A stretch of 64,000 nucleotides of DNA from an uncultured Chloroflexia bacterium (GCA_963797095.1 CAWCNY010000004.1:608001-672000), one strand, 5' to 3'; positions 49,619 through 60,090 are shown, counted from the first letter of the stretch. Notes: generated by a model from the letters alone, not told the origin. A program made the numbers and translations.

Positions 49619-50307
49619 TCGCACCTGGCACCGACATTCCGACGAACGGCAGGAATAGACCCAGCGTGTGGGTGCTGGCATCCGGACCTGCACCCGACCT
49701 TGAGTTTACGCTGGGCCATATACCCACGTCCGACATCGTGATCGCGGCAGATGGCGGGAGCGTGCTCGCCGAACACCTCGGGCTGACCCCCAGGCTCATT
49801 ATCGGTGACGTGGATAGCAGCCCATCCGAACTGGTGGCGCGCTTCGAGCAAGCCGGTGCGCAGATACGGCGCTACGACCACAACACCAAGTGGGAAACGG
49901 ACACGGAGCTTGCGCTGTTGGCAGCGCTCGAATGGCAGCCTAGCTCGATCTACATTTTAGGGGCCATTGGAGGTAGGCTTGATCATGCGCTTGCCAATGT
50001 GCTCCTACTCACCAATCCGCGATTTGCACCACTCGATATTCGCATCGTTGATGGCAGGAATGAGCTAATGCTGGCCAAGCCGGGCCGGTGGAATGACATT
50101 CCAGGGAAGGTGGAAAGCACAGTCAGCCTGTTGCCAATCGGAGAGGCCGCGACCGGCGTTCGCACACGCGGCCTCCACTGGCCCCTGGATGGGGAAACGC
50201 TTCCGGTTGGGCAGGGTCGGGGCGTCAGCAACCTGATCGATGACCAGGGAAGCGCTGCGGTCTTCTACGAAGGCGGCGCGTTGCTGGTGGCCGTTGTGCA
50301 TGCGTAA
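49615..50307 (+). CDS. thiN: thiamine diphosphokinase
   Basis: AADGG, IGD.DS, K..TD.ELAL, GA.GGR.DH..AN, GVSN. Confidence 0.92.
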   Translation: MIAPGTDIPTNGRNRPSVWVLASGPAPDLEFTLGHIPTSDIVIAADGGSVLAEHLGLTPRLIIGDVDSSPSELVARFEQAGAQIRRYDHNTKWETDTELALLAALEWQPSSIYILGAIGGRLDHALANVLLLTNPRFAPLDIRIVDGRNELMLAKPGRWNDIPGKVESTVSLLPIGEAATGVRTRGLHWPLDGETLPVGQGRGVSNLIDDQGSAAVFYEGGALLVAVVHA

Positions 50308-50328
50308 TACACGACTTTCTCCTAATGC

Positions 50329-51369
50329 CTACTGTTGGGGCAGGTAGTCGTTGGTGAACATTTCATCGAACTTCAGGTCGGCAGGTGTGATCACCTTCCC
50401 ATCGGTTGACTTCAGAAGGCCCGTGTTGGCGAGATAGGTTGGGAAGTCCGTCCACTTCTGCAGGCTCTGGAGGCCCCATCGCGGCTGATCGGCCTTGTAA
50501 TAAGGAGCTAGGTATTCCTGGCTCTTGCGTGGCAGGTCTGGGCTCGAGAATGTGCCGGATGGTGCAGCTTTGATCAGGAGGTCGGCGGCATCATCGGGGT
50601 TAGTCACACCGTATTCATAGCCGCGCGCGGTAGCCTCAAGGAAGCGCTTGGGCACATCACCGTGATCTTTCAAAAATGTCTCGCTGGCGATAATCACCGG
50701 CGTGTAATAGTCGGGCACCCCGTAGTCCTTCACCAGGAAGGTATTTAGCTCGACCCCGTCGAGCTGTGCCTGAATTCCTTCCCAGCCCATATATATCCAG
50801 ACGAAATCGGCCTGGTTCGCTACCACAGCATCCAATCCGTACAGGTTAGCCGTGATGTTCCGGAAAGACGGATCGGTCACACCGTCGTGCTCCATCATAG
50901 TCTTGAGGATTGGCTCTTCATATGGAGTGCCGAAGCCAGCATATCTCTTGCCGTTCAGCTTCGCCATCGTATCTAGACCGGAGCTTTTGAGGGAGGCCAG
51001 CGCGGAGGTATTGGTCTGTAGGATCGCGGCTACAGACTTCACCGAGAGATTATCTACCCGGTCCAGCACCACCGACTCGGCAAAACTCACACCGAGGTCA
51101 GCCTGCCCTGTAGCAACCAGCGTATCGGGCGTATTGGCGTCAGAATATGGGAGGAATTGCACGTCCAGGTTGGCGTCGCGATACCATCCCTGTTGCTGCG
51201 CCACGTAGATACCCGTGTGGTTGGTGTTGGGAGTCCAGTCGAGAGCGAAGCGCACCCTGTCAGGCGTGCTACTCTGGGGAGTGGGCGTTGCGCCGCTGCC
51301 GCTATCGCACGCCGTGAGCACAAAGCTCGCTAGGAGAATGCCGGTTATTATGCCTGGGAGACTTTTCAT
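50329..51369 (-). CDS. NMT1/THI5-like ABC substrate-binding lipoprotein (ThiY-like)
   Basis: Lipobox LTAC; LDWTPNTNHTG.YVA; PDYY.P; TPP riboswitch upstream. Confidence 0.9.
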   Translation of the reverse strand: MKSLPGIITGILLASFVLTACDSGSGATPTPQSSTPDRVRFALDWTPNTNHTGIYVAQQQGWYRDANLDVQFLPYSDANTPDTLVATGQADLGVSFAESVVLDRVDNLSVKSVAAILQTNTSALASLKSSGLDTMAKLNGKRYAGFGTPYEEPILKTMMEHDGVTDPSFRNITANLYGLDAVVANQADFVWIYMGWEGIQAQLDGVELNTFLVKDYGVPDYYTPVIIASETFLKDHGDVPKRFLEATARGYEYGVTNPDDAADLLIKAAPSGTFSSPDLPRKSQEYLAPYYKADQPRWGLQSLQKWTDFPTYLANTGLLKSTDGKVITPADLKFDEMFTNDYLPQQ

Positions 51370-51405
51370 GATAATGTTCCTCTAGGGTAGTTTTCGTACG
51401 AGCCG

Positions 51406-52218
51406 CTATGCAGCCTGCTCGATATTTCTTTCTCCATTTCTGAAGTGCCAGGGGATGACAACGCGCTCCAGCAACGAGGTCAGCAGGAAGAAGGTCACGC
51501 TCAGGGCTGAGATAACCAGGATCGCGGCGAAAACGGTGGGCACATCAAACGCGTGCTGCTTGCGCTGCATGTAGATGCCCAACCCCCACTCAGAGCCTAC
51601 GTACTCGCCCCAGATCGCCCCGGTCACGCTGTAGGTAATGGCGATTTTGATGCCCGAAAAGAGGGAAGGGAGAGCGCCTGGGAAACGCACCTGCCTGAAG
51701 ATGGTCCATGTACTGGCCCCAAATGTCCTGAATAGCCTGATCAATTCAGGATCGGTGGCGCTGAACCCGTCGGCCCCGGCCACCACAATAGGGAAGAAGC
51801 ATACTATCCCCACAATGAGCACTTTGGGAAGTATGCCGAACCCGAACCACAGCACCATGAGGGGCGCGAGAGCCAGCAGCGGGATGGTCTGGGAGACCAC
51901 CAGCAGAGGATAGATGGCACGGCGCAACAAGGGGCTTACGTCGATGATTATCGCGAAGCCGAGTCCGACGAGGAGCGCCAGGGCGAATCCGATGGCGGTT
52001 TCGATAATGGTTTGCCATGTATTAGGCGCTATATCGGCGGAATTATCTATCAGCGCAGCAAGGATGGCCGTTGGGGCGGGCAGCAGGCGAGCGCCGCCTG
52101 GTACAGCCCCTAGCACCAGGCGCGAATAGGCTTCCCACACTGCAACGATCAAGACGAGGGCAAGAGCAGGAGGCAAGAGGGCGCCCGCCGTTCGCCTGCC
52201 GGTCAGGATCGGGTTCAT
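51406..52218 (-). CDS. ABC permease (ThiX-like)
   Basis: SQTIP..A.APL..WFG.G, FFP, GAS, P.ALP..FSG. Confidence 0.9.
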   Translation of the reverse strand: MNPILTGRRTAGALLPPALALVLIVAVWEAYSRLVLGAVPGGARLLPAPTAILAALIDNSADIAPNTWQTIIETAIGFALALLVGLGFAIIIDVSPLLRRAIYPLLVVSQTIPLLALAPLMVLWFGFGILPKVLIVGIVCFFPIVVAGADGFSATDPELIRLFRTFGASTWTIFRQVRFPGALPSLFSGIKIAITYSVTGAIWGEYVGSEWGLGIYMQRKQHAFDVPTVFAAILVISALSVTFFLLTSLLERVVIPWHFRNGERNIEQAA

Positions 52219-53087
52219 AGCGTCCTGCCCACCCTTTCGGTGCTGTCTAGGCCGCCGCTTGATTTGAGAATATTGAGAAGGCGCTGTCGATAACCCGAGA
52301 ACCGTTCGTCGCTCAGACTGGCGAGGGAGCGTGGACGCTCGATTTCGATGTTCACCCGCGCCACCACATGGCCGGGCCTGGGCGATAGAACATACACGGT
52401 ATCAGACAATAGGATCGCCTCGTCAACATCGTGCGTTACAAGAATGAAGGTACTACCCATGCGGGCCGAAGCCGCAATCAACCATTCGTGCATCCCCGCT
52501 CGCGTAAGAGCGTCGAGGGCACCGAAAGGCTCATCCATGAGCATCAGGCCGCGCTCAAGGATTGCGGAGCGTATGAAGGATACGCGCTGGCGCATGCCTC
52601 CTGATAGTTGTGAAGGATAGCTATTCGCGAAGCCCTCAAGCCCAAGCTCTCGAAACAGAGGCAGCACACGCTCACGCGCTTGTGGCTTGGAAACGCCCTC
52701 CACCTCAAGGCCCACCGCTGCGTTGTCCAGCGCGCTACGCCAGGGGAGAAGAAGATCGCGCTGGGGCATGTAACCCACTGCTGATTTTGGATTTCGGATT
52801 TTGGATTTTGGATTAGGCACGAGATCAGCCGTTGCAACGGGCGACCTATAAGGCGTCAGTGTTACAGTTCCACTGTCGGTAACATCCAAGCCTGCCAGGA
52901 TCCCCAGAAGAGTGCTCTTTCCTGAGCCTGACGGCCCGAGGATGCTGGTGAAACTGCCCGCAGGCACATAGAGATCGAGGTCGCGGATGGCCTGGACGCG
53001 ACCGCCGCCTTCGCGCCGGAACGACTTGCTCACGCCGCGCACCTGCACCTCAATTGGCACTATCTTATTTGCTATCTGGACTGTCAT
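52215..53087 (-). CDS. ABC ATPase (ThiZ-like)
   Basis: GPSGSGKS, YMPQRD.L.PW, LSGGMRQR, MDEPFGALD, TH. Confidence 0.92.
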   Translation of the reverse strand: MTVQIANKIVPIEVQVRGVSKSFRREGGGRVQAIRDLDLYVPAGSFTSILGPSGSGKSTLLGILAGLDVTDSGTVTLTPYRSPVATADLVPNPKSKIRNPKSAVGYMPQRDLLLPWRSALDNAAVGLEVEGVSKPQARERVLPLFRELGLEGFANSYPSQLSGGMRQRVSFIRSAILERGLMLMDEPFGALDALTRAGMHEWLIAASARMGSTFILVTHDVDEAILLSDTVYVLSPRPGHVVARVNIEIERPRSLASLSDERFSGYRQRLLNILKSSGGLDSTERVGRTL

Positions 53088-53156
53088 ACAATTGGCCGCA
53101 CAACAAAAAGAGCGTCATGAGTGATGTACCCCGGCGCTCTGAAGCTACTGTGCGAT

Positions 53157-53250
53157 GGCTTCCTTCGCCGGCATTACCCGGATCAGGTTCAAGCGGTCGA
53201 CGGCGGGTCTGGCCGTCCTCTCAGCCTGTGTCCACAGGCCCCCGCGCTCT
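53157..53250 (-). promoter_or_regulatory. TPP riboswitch
   Basis: Minus strand: GGGG..GCTGAGA..GACC..GAACCTGATCCGGGTAATGCCGGCGAAGGAA. Confidence 0.94.
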
Positions 53251-53324
53251 CCATATTGAATTGTGATCCTCCCTGATATCGTACCAGATAAAGGCTTACC
53301 GTGCAAGATTCACGCGCACGATGC

Positions 53325-55184
53325 TCATGCTCGGCGACCGAATTCCCGCTCTAATTGGAGTGTTGAGAGATGAAGCATGGTTGGTCTGCCGTGCGCACAA
53401 GCCCTGGGGTGCTGGCATAACTCAAGTCGTCCGAGCAGAGCACGCATCTCGTCGATCGAAAGGGTTTGCCCGGCCCGCACTGCACTATGGCAGGCCAGAG
53501 TGATCGCCATCTCCTCACGCCACCGCTCAGGGCGACTGCCGTGCATTACCGTGTCGAGAATCTCAAGGAGGTCGCGCCCGATATCACGCTTCAACTCGGC
53601 GTAGATGGCGGGTACGGCCCGCACCAGCACAGTGCCGTCTCCGAACGGCTCGAGTGCGAATCCCAGTTCGGCCATTAAAGGTATGATTCCCTCGACCTCA
53701 GCATACTGGGCGGCGCTGAATTGCAGTGGCACAGGTTGAAGTAATGGCTGGATCGGGAGGTCGCCATTCGCCAGTTGAGCGCCCATCCGCTCGTATAGCA
53801 CGCGCTCATGGGCGGCATGTTGATCGACCAGGAAGAGGCCGTCCGGGCCTTCAGCGATGATATAGGTGTTGCCAACCTGCCCTACCACTCGCAGTGGAGG
53901 TAGGTTGCGCGGCGGAGGTGGAGGCAGAGGCTCTACGGCATCATTGTCGAACGCCTGATGCGTGCTACCAACGCCCATACGCCATAGCTCGCTCTGCAAA
54001 GGCCCTGCCGGGGTCTCCCCATTGATACCTGAAGCGGTAGGCTCTAGGCCGAAGGTGGGCCCAAACTCCAACTCGATGCCGCCCTCATTCGACGGCAAGG
54101 CCCACCCTTCAGAGCCACGCGATCCATAGACAGGCGGCGTAACATGAGCCGTAAGAGCCGAACGCACCGCGCGCTGCACGGCGCTGAACATGGCGCGTTC
54201 GTCGCGGAATTTGACTTCGGCCTTGGCAGGGTGAACATTCACATCCACCAGCGTAGGGTCAACCAGCACATTGATTATGCAGAGCGGACGCCTGCCAACC
54301 ATCAAAAGGGTATGATAGGCTTCTTCGACAGCGTAGATCAACATACGGCTCTGGACAGAGCGGCCATTCACAAAAAAGTGCATCGCCTGTCTGTTGGAGC
54401 GCGACATCAACGGAGGCGCGACATAACCATAGACGCGCACCCCCTCGCTTGAGATCGCTTCCCAATCCTCATCCTCGTCAGGTTCCAGTCCTACGGGGAG
54501 GAGGGCGCGTGCCACTTCGGGGCCGTACACGCTCATGGCTGCCGCGCGTAGGTCGCTATTACCGGGGGATTGGAATGTGAGCCGTCCCTCGTTGGTGAGA
54601 CTGAAAGTCACGGCGGGGTGAGCAAGTGCGTAGCTTTGCACCAGCGCAGATATGTGCGCACCTTCTGCCTGTGCGCTCTTGAGGAACTTGAGGCGCGCGG
54701 GTAGATTGTAAAATAGCTCGCGCACAGTGACGATCGTGCCCGGCGGCGAGCCACGCGGTCCATCGGAAACCGGGCGGCCACCCTCCAGCGCCAATTCGTA
54801 GCCCACCTGCTCGCCCGTTGGCCTGCTAACGAATGAAAGGCGGCTAACAGCGGCAATGCTGTACAGGGCCTCGCCCCGGAAACCGAGCGTGCGCACAGTC
54901 CACAGGTCGTCGGCGGTCTTGATTTTGCTCGTAGCGTGGCGCAAGAAGGCGCGAGGCATATCATCACGCGTGACGCCGAAACCATCGTCAATGATCCGGA
55001 TGAGGTCGCGCCCACCGCCCCTGATCTCGACGCGCACATGGCGAGCACCTGCGTCGATGGCGTTGTCAAGCAGCTCGCGCACCACCGATGCGGGACGCTC
55101 CACCACTTCCCCTGCGGCGATCTTGGATGCTACCTCGTCGGGAAGGACATTTATTCTCCTGGGTCCGGTTACTCCTGTTGACAT
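53325..55184 (-). CDS. mutL: DNA mismatch repair endonuclease MutL
   Basis: IAAGEVVERP, HATSK, GFRGEAL, DVNVHP.K.EV, DQHAAHER, ACH, C.HGRP. Confidence 0.97.
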   Translation of the reverse strand: MSTGVTGPRRINVLPDEVASKIAAGEVVERPASVVRELLDNAIDAGARHVRVEIRGGGRDLIRIIDDGFGVTRDDMPRAFLRHATSKIKTADDLWTVRTLGFRGEALYSIAAVSRLSFVSRPTGEQVGYELALEGGRPVSDGPRGSPPGTIVTVRELFYNLPARLKFLKSAQAEGAHISALVQSYALAHPAVTFSLTNEGRLTFQSPGNSDLRAAAMSVYGPEVARALLPVGLEPDEDEDWEAISSEGVRVYGYVAPPLMSRSNRQAMHFFVNGRSVQSRMLIYAVEEAYHTLLMVGRRPLCIINVLVDPTLVDVNVHPAKAEVKFRDERAMFSAVQRAVRSALTAHVTPPVYGSRGSEGWALPSNEGGIELEFGPTFGLEPTASGINGETPAGPLQSELWRMGVGSTHQAFDNDAVEPLPPPPPRNLPPLRVVGQVGNTYIIAEGPDGLFLVDQHAAHERVLYERMGAQLANGDLPIQPLLQPVPLQFSAAQYAEVEGIIPLMAELGFALEPFGDGTVLVRAVPAIYAELKRDIGRDLLEILDTVMHGSRPERWREEMAITLACHSAVRAGQTLSIDEMRALLGRLELCQHPRACAHGRPTMLHLSTLQLEREFGRRA

Positions 55185-55242
55185 TGGTGGTTCTTACTGA
55201 GTGCTCTGTACTGCTTACTGCGTATTGCATATTCCTTATCGT

Positions 55243-55869
55243 TCAGGTATTTGCCAGGTGCTTGCGCGTGGTGAGGGCCTCTGACAGGTGCATGAAGTGA
55301 TGGCCTGTAGCTGGCATATTGAACAGGAAGCGCTTGGTTTTGCCCTGCCAGAAGCGGGCCACGCGGTACGCTTCCTCCACCAGGGCACCTGATTCGATGA
55401 GAGTTGCTATATGCACGTCATCAACAATCAGGTCAAGTTGATCCAGGGTGATCGCACTCGCGATCTGGCGCGTGCGCACACCCACCGCCCGGCGGTACGC
55501 GAATAGGGCCGGAATATCCACCTTCCGGCTGATGTCAGATACTTCATCGTCGGACATCGAGGTGCCTACATCGCTCCGGGTGAGGTTCAGGCGGGTAATC
55601 CACTCTTGGTCTAATACCTGCCGCCCCTCGGCTACAAGGATATTGATCGCCGCGTCTTCAATGCGGGCGGTATGCCAGAGCAACCACGCGATTGAGTTCA
55701 TCCCCGGACGTGGGCATGTGCGCAACTGCTCTTCGGTAAGGCCCTTCACGATCTGGTCGGCAAGGTACCACTCGCCCTGGCCTTCGCTAACCTCGGCGGT
55801 GTGGACTATTGAATGTTGGTTGAGGAAGGTGTCCATAGTTCGTATTGCATACAGCTTGCCTTCATTCAC
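55243..55869 (-). CDS. DinB family protein
   Basis: GTG overlapping the ade stop (alternative ATG at 55836); NSIAW..WH.AR.ED; H...H..E. Confidence 0.82.
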   Translation of the reverse strand: MNEGKLYAIRTMDTFLNQHSIVHTAEVSEGQGEWYLADQIVKGLTEEQLRTCPRPGMNSIAWLLWHTARIEDAAINILVAEGRQVLDQEWITRLNLTRSDVGTSMSDDEVSDISRKVDIPALFAYRRAVGVRTRQIASAITLDQLDLIVDDVHIATLIESGALVEEAYRVARFWQGKTKRFLFNMPATGHHFMHLSEALTTRKHLANT

Positions 55870-57644
55870 TCGCCACTCGCCACTCGCCACTCGTCAACAA
55901 ACAGGCTGCATAGCTCGAATTTTACCACGTCCACCAACCCCAGGTCAGTCAGCTTTAGCTCAGGGATTACGGGCAGAGCCAGGAAGGCCATCTGCATATA
56001 GGGGTTGGCGAGCGGACAGCCTAGCTCGCGGGCAGCGGCGAGGAGTTTCAGCAAGCCCTCGCGCACAACCGCATGAGGCTTGTCGGACATGAGGCCAGCT
56101 ACCGGCAGAGGCAGTTGGGCCAGCACCGTGCCATCCATCACAGCCGCGATACCCCCTTGCATATCGTTTACTGTACGAGCCGCTAGCATCATATCGGCAT
56201 CGTTGGTGCCAACAACCACCACATTGTGCGAGTCGTGAGCGATGCTCGAAGCAAGCGCACCTTTCTTGAGGCCCATGCCCGTGACGAGCGCAACCCCAAC
56301 ATGGCATGTGCCGCTGTGCCGCTCCACCACCGCGATCTTGAGAAGGTCGCGTCTTACATCTGCTATCACGCGGCCCTCTTCGACCTTCGGCTCAGTCACT
56401 TCCGCTTTAGTGACGATTTGCTCAGGCAATACGCGGATTACTCTGGCTTGCTTGCCTCCGGCAACGATCTCAAATGAGCGTTCTGTGACAAAGCTGGCGG
56501 TCATATTGTTGGGCGGAGGCTGGACACGATTGCGCACAGGCGAGAGGGTTTGCCCATCTAGTGCGACCAGTTTTCCCGCCGCAAAGGTGCGGGTTGGCCT
56601 GATATTCTTCAGGTCGCGGAAAGTCACTATGTCGGCGTGATAGCCCGGCGCGATTGCGCCCAGATCGTTGAGTCCGTAGTGGCGGGCAGTGTTGATGCTC
56701 GCCATCTGCAAAGCCAGTATCGGATCGAGGCCCTGGGCCACCGCCTTGCGAATGTTGTGGTCTATGTGGCCCTGTGTTTCCAGGTCGTCCGGCTGCTTGT
56801 CGTCGGTGGCCCATGAGCAGAAGCGGGCAGTACGCTCATTGACGATGGGCAAAATCGCATCCAGGTTCTTGGCGGTGGACCCTTCGCGGATGAGCACCTG
56901 CACACCAGCGCGCAGTTTATCAAGCGTCTCGGCGGCAGCCACGCTCTCGTGGTCTGACGACACGCCCGCCGCCGCGTATGCCTGCAAAGTCAGCCCGCGC
57001 ACCAAGGGCGCGTGCCCGTCAACCCTTATTCTATTTGTGTGCCCCAGGAGGGCTTTGGCAGCCATATCGTCGGAGGCTGACACCACGCCAGGGTAATTCA
57101 TCATCTCAGCGATACCGAGCACGCGCGGCTCGTCCAACAGGGTCGCCAGGTCATCGGCGCTCAGGCGTGCCCCTGAGGTCTCCATATGGGTGGCAGGCAC
57201 ACACGACGATAGCATCACGAACACGTGCAGAGGCAATCCCTCGCTTGCACGCAGCATAAACCTGATGCCATCCAGGCCATGCACATTGGCGATCTCATGT
57301 GGGTCGCTGACAACGGCTATGGTGCCATGTGGCAGCACTGCGTTAGCATATTCGGCAGGGAGCATGAGGCTGCTCTCGATGTGCACATGGGCATCTATGA
57401 AGCCCGGTGCGACAAAATCACCCCCCACGTCCATCGTCTCACGGGCGCTATAGACACCAGGCTGCTCTGAAACCCCGGCGATCCGGCCACCCTGGATCGC
57501 AATCTCCGCAGGGTAAATCTCGCGGGTGAGGACATTCACTAGTTGGCAGCCTGTGAGGAGCAGGTCTGCCGGTGCATCGCCGCGCGCCACCGCCAGCAGC
57601 GCGCGCATCTCGGCATCGCTCGCCACGAAGCTCCTGACGCTCAC
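55866..57644 (-). CDS. ade: adenine deaminase
   Basis: PG.ID.H.H.ESS, DPHEIANV.G, E.MN.PGV, DGHAP, DHE, REGS, AHDSHN. Confidence 0.95.
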   Translation of the reverse strand: MSVRSFVASDAEMRALLAVARGDAPADLLLTGCQLVNVLTREIYPAEIAIQGGRIAGVSEQPGVYSARETMDVGGDFVAPGFIDAHVHIESSLMLPAEYANAVLPHGTIAVVSDPHEIANVHGLDGIRFMLRASEGLPLHVFVMLSSCVPATHMETSGARLSADDLATLLDEPRVLGIAEMMNYPGVVSASDDMAAKALLGHTNRIRVDGHAPLVRGLTLQAYAAAGVSSDHESVAAAETLDKLRAGVQVLIREGSTAKNLDAILPIVNERTARFCSWATDDKQPDDLETQGHIDHNIRKAVAQGLDPILALQMASINTARHYGLNDLGAIAPGYHADIVTFRDLKNIRPTRTFAAGKLVALDGQTLSPVRNRVQPPPNNMTASFVTERSFEIVAGGKQARVIRVLPEQIVTKAEVTEPKVEEGRVIADVRRDLLKIAVVERHSGTCHVGVALVTGMGLKKGALASSIAHDSHNVVVVGTNDADMMLAARTVNDMQGGIAAVMDGTVLAQLPLPVAGLMSDKPHAVVREGLLKLLAAARELGCPLANPYMQMAFLALPVIPELKLTDLGLVDVVKFELCSLFVDEWRVASGE

Positions 57645-58189
57645 GGCCCATCTCCTCCCTGGGCTATACTCGTTATGCCCGCACGCTCCAAATCCGCCAT
57701 CGGGAAGGACATCTCGTTGGTCTGGGTGAAACCGAGTCGCTCATAGAGCGTCCTGCCCATCTCCGATGCGTGCAGCACCAGGCTGGATACTCCATGCTCT
57801 CAATTCCACCCCATAATTGCGCGCATCACCATCTCTCCAAGGCCCATGCGCCTCCATGCCTTCTCCGTGTAGACGTTCACGATCAGACCCTGTGGCCCAG
57901 GTTTCAGAAGATACCCATCGGTCGTTGGCCTGGGCAGAATGCGCCTAAACTGCACCCCTCCTCCTGCTACTACCATGCCGGGATCGGAGGCGGGAGTAAC
58001 TACCCACGCTACGCACTCGCCCGAAGGGATCGCCTCCCGGTAATAGGCTGCGGATGACTCCGCCAGGAGTGGATAGGCATCCTCGCGCAACTGGCCCATA
58101 TCCCGGAACATCTCGCACCTGTGCCGCACGAGGGCCGGTATATTCTCTACAGTCGCGGGGCGGATGTTGAACTGGGCAGGGCGTCCCAT
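57641..58189 (-). pseudogene. GNAT acetyltransferase with an in-frame TGA at 57800-57802
   Basis: NVYT...RR.G motif, then ..GWN*EHGVSSLVLHASEMGRTLYERLGF continues in frame to a stop overlapping the ade start. Confidence 0.85.
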
Positions 58190-58191
58190 GT

Positions 58192-59499
58192 CTACTCGAT
58201 AGATAGAATATTCGCGAGGCTGTCCATATCGCGGGCGGGGCCGACAAGCGACAGATGCAGTTTATCCGTGCTAAATAATTGGCCCGCCAGGGTCTGTACC
58301 TCTTCCGCCGTGACCGCTTCGATCTTGTCCAGAACCTCGTCCATTGGCTCGATATGGCCGAGCATCAATTCCTGCCAGCCTCCCCAGTGAGCCACGTAGG
58401 TGCTTCGCTCCAGGCTCAGGAGGGTATTGCCTTTGATGTATTCCTTCACCTTGCGCAGCTCGGTGCCTGAAACAGGTTCGTGTTTGATCCGGGCTAGCTC
58501 ATCCATTATAGCCTGCAACGTTTCATCAACGCGCTCGTTATCCACAGCGGCATGCACACCGAATGCGCCTACATCATGGTATGTCTTTACGAAGCTGGAC
58601 ACGGCGTAGGCCAGGCCTCTGTTCTCCCTGATCTCGATGAAGAGGCGCGACGACATTCCCGCCCCAAGCAGAGCATCCAGCACATCTTGTGCGTAGCGCC
58701 CTGGGTGAGTATAGGGCAGCGCTGGCACGCCCACCAACAGGTTGGCTTGCTCGGTGCGCTTCTTGTAATGCGTAAGCCTGGGGCCGCGCTCGACCGTTGG
58801 GCTAACGTTTTCCTGATAGATACCATTCCCCGAGCGTGGCATATCGGCCCAAAGTTGAGAGATAGCTTCCACAACATCATCGTGGCTGACGTTGCCAGCC
58901 ACGCTCACCACAAGCGCGTCAGGGCGGTAATAATGCTCAACGTGCGCCAAAAGATTGTCCCTGGTGATACGCTTCACGCTCGCCTTGGTGCCGGCCACAT
59001 CTTTTCCGAGCGCGTGGCCGGGCCACAGCAAAGCGTCAAACTCAAGGTCGGCGATATCTGAGGGCGAATCGAAAGTTGAGTCGATCTCTTCCAGGATCAC
59101 ATCTCGCTCTTTGGCGATTTCTTCGGGCCTGTACTCGGAACCGCGCAGCATGTCGGTTAGCACGTCCAGGGCCGTATCCAGGTAGCTGCACGGCACAAGG
59201 GCACGATAGTTGGTATGCTCATGGTCGGTAGCCGCATTGAGGTTGCCCCCCACCCCCTCTATATCCTCCGAAATCTGGGCCGGGTTGGGGCGCTTATACG
59301 TGCCTTTGAAGACCATGTGCTCGATGAAGTGGCTAACTCCCGCCACCTTGGGGTTTTCATGGCGCGCCCCAACTCGCAGGTAAAGCTGCACCGCCGCCGA
59401 ACGCGTATGGGGCATGCTCGCCGTAACGACCCTCAAACCGTTGGCGAGGGTAGTCTTCTCATAAACTGTTTCTGTCTTATATGCCAGCTCTGTCTTCAT
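58192..59499 (-). CDS. M16 family zinc peptidase
   Basis: L.NGL.V, G.SHF.EH..FKGT, NA.T, GMSSRLF..IRE..GL.Y. Confidence 0.93.
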   Translation of the reverse strand: MKTELAYKTETVYEKTTLANGLRVVTASMPHTRSAAVQLYLRVGARHENPKVAGVSHFIEHMVFKGTYKRPNPAQISEDIEGVGGNLNAATDHEHTNYRALVPCSYLDTALDVLTDMLRGSEYRPEEIAKERDVILEEIDSTFDSPSDIADLEFDALLWPGHALGKDVAGTKASVKRITRDNLLAHVEHYYRPDALVVSVAGNVSHDDVVEAISQLWADMPRSGNGIYQENVSPTVERGPRLTHYKKRTEQANLLVGVPALPYTHPGRYAQDVLDALLGAGMSSRLFIEIRENRGLAYAVSSFVKTYHDVGAFGVHAAVDNERVDETLQAIMDELARIKHEPVSGTELRKVKEYIKGNTLLSLERSTYVAHWGGWQELMLGHIEPMDEVLDKIEAVTAEEVQTLAGQLFSTDKLHLSLVGPARDMDSLANILSIE

Positions 59500-59504
59500 T
59501 TTGC

Positions 59505-59987
59505 TCAAAGTAGGTATTCCAGTATCAATTGTAGCGCCCGTCGAGCCGATTGCTCTCGATTCTCCTGGCGGTCGCCTTGCCATATATGTTGCTCAACCCT
59601 CTCAGACTGTGGGCCTGCGAGAGCGATGTAGGTCAGGCCGACGGGCTTGGCGGCGGTGCCGCCAACCGGCCCTGCCACGCCCGTTACCGAAACGGCGAGA
59701 TCGGATCCAACCAGCGAGCGCGCCCCCTTCGACATTGCGGCGGCGCACTCGGCGCTAACTGCCCCATACTCTCGGATGAGGTTAGCCGGTACGCCAAGCA
59801 CTCGCTCCTTTACGCTATTATCGTAAGAGATCACGCCGCCCAGGAAGTAGGCCGACGATCCGGGCACGGCGGTGATCCATTCACCGACCATGCCGCCCGT
59901 GCACAATTCGGCTACGGCGAGACGCAATCCTGCTTGCGTCAAAGCCTTGCCCACTTGAACCGCCAGGGCATAATCGTTCTCGTACAT
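59505..59987 (-). CDS. CinA C-terminal / PncC-like NMN deamidase family protein
   Basis: AE(L)CTGG, GSS.YF.G, Y.N..K, GAVS, S.TG.AGP.G, KPVG. Confidence 0.9.
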   Translation of the reverse strand: MYENDYALAVQVGKALTQAGLRLAVAELCTGGMVGEWITAVPGSSAYFLGGVISYDNSVKERVLGVPANLIREYGAVSAECAAAMSKGARSLVGSDLAVSVTGVAGPVGGTAAKPVGLTYIALAGPQSERVEQHIWQGDRQENREQSARRALQLILEYLL

Positions 59988-60090
59988 CGTCCGCTAGAAG
60001 TCCCCAAAAGAGGGTAGTTCTATCAGTATACCACAGCCTTTTGATCTTCGTGGTATGTGGTGGGATAATTCACAGGGCGGATGCAAAGAG

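Noticed and set aside
57800-57802. Selenocysteine or recoded TGA in the GNAT gene
   Set aside because: No convincing SECIS hairpin, the position is not a catalytic Cys, and TGA serves as a normal stop elsewhere in the window
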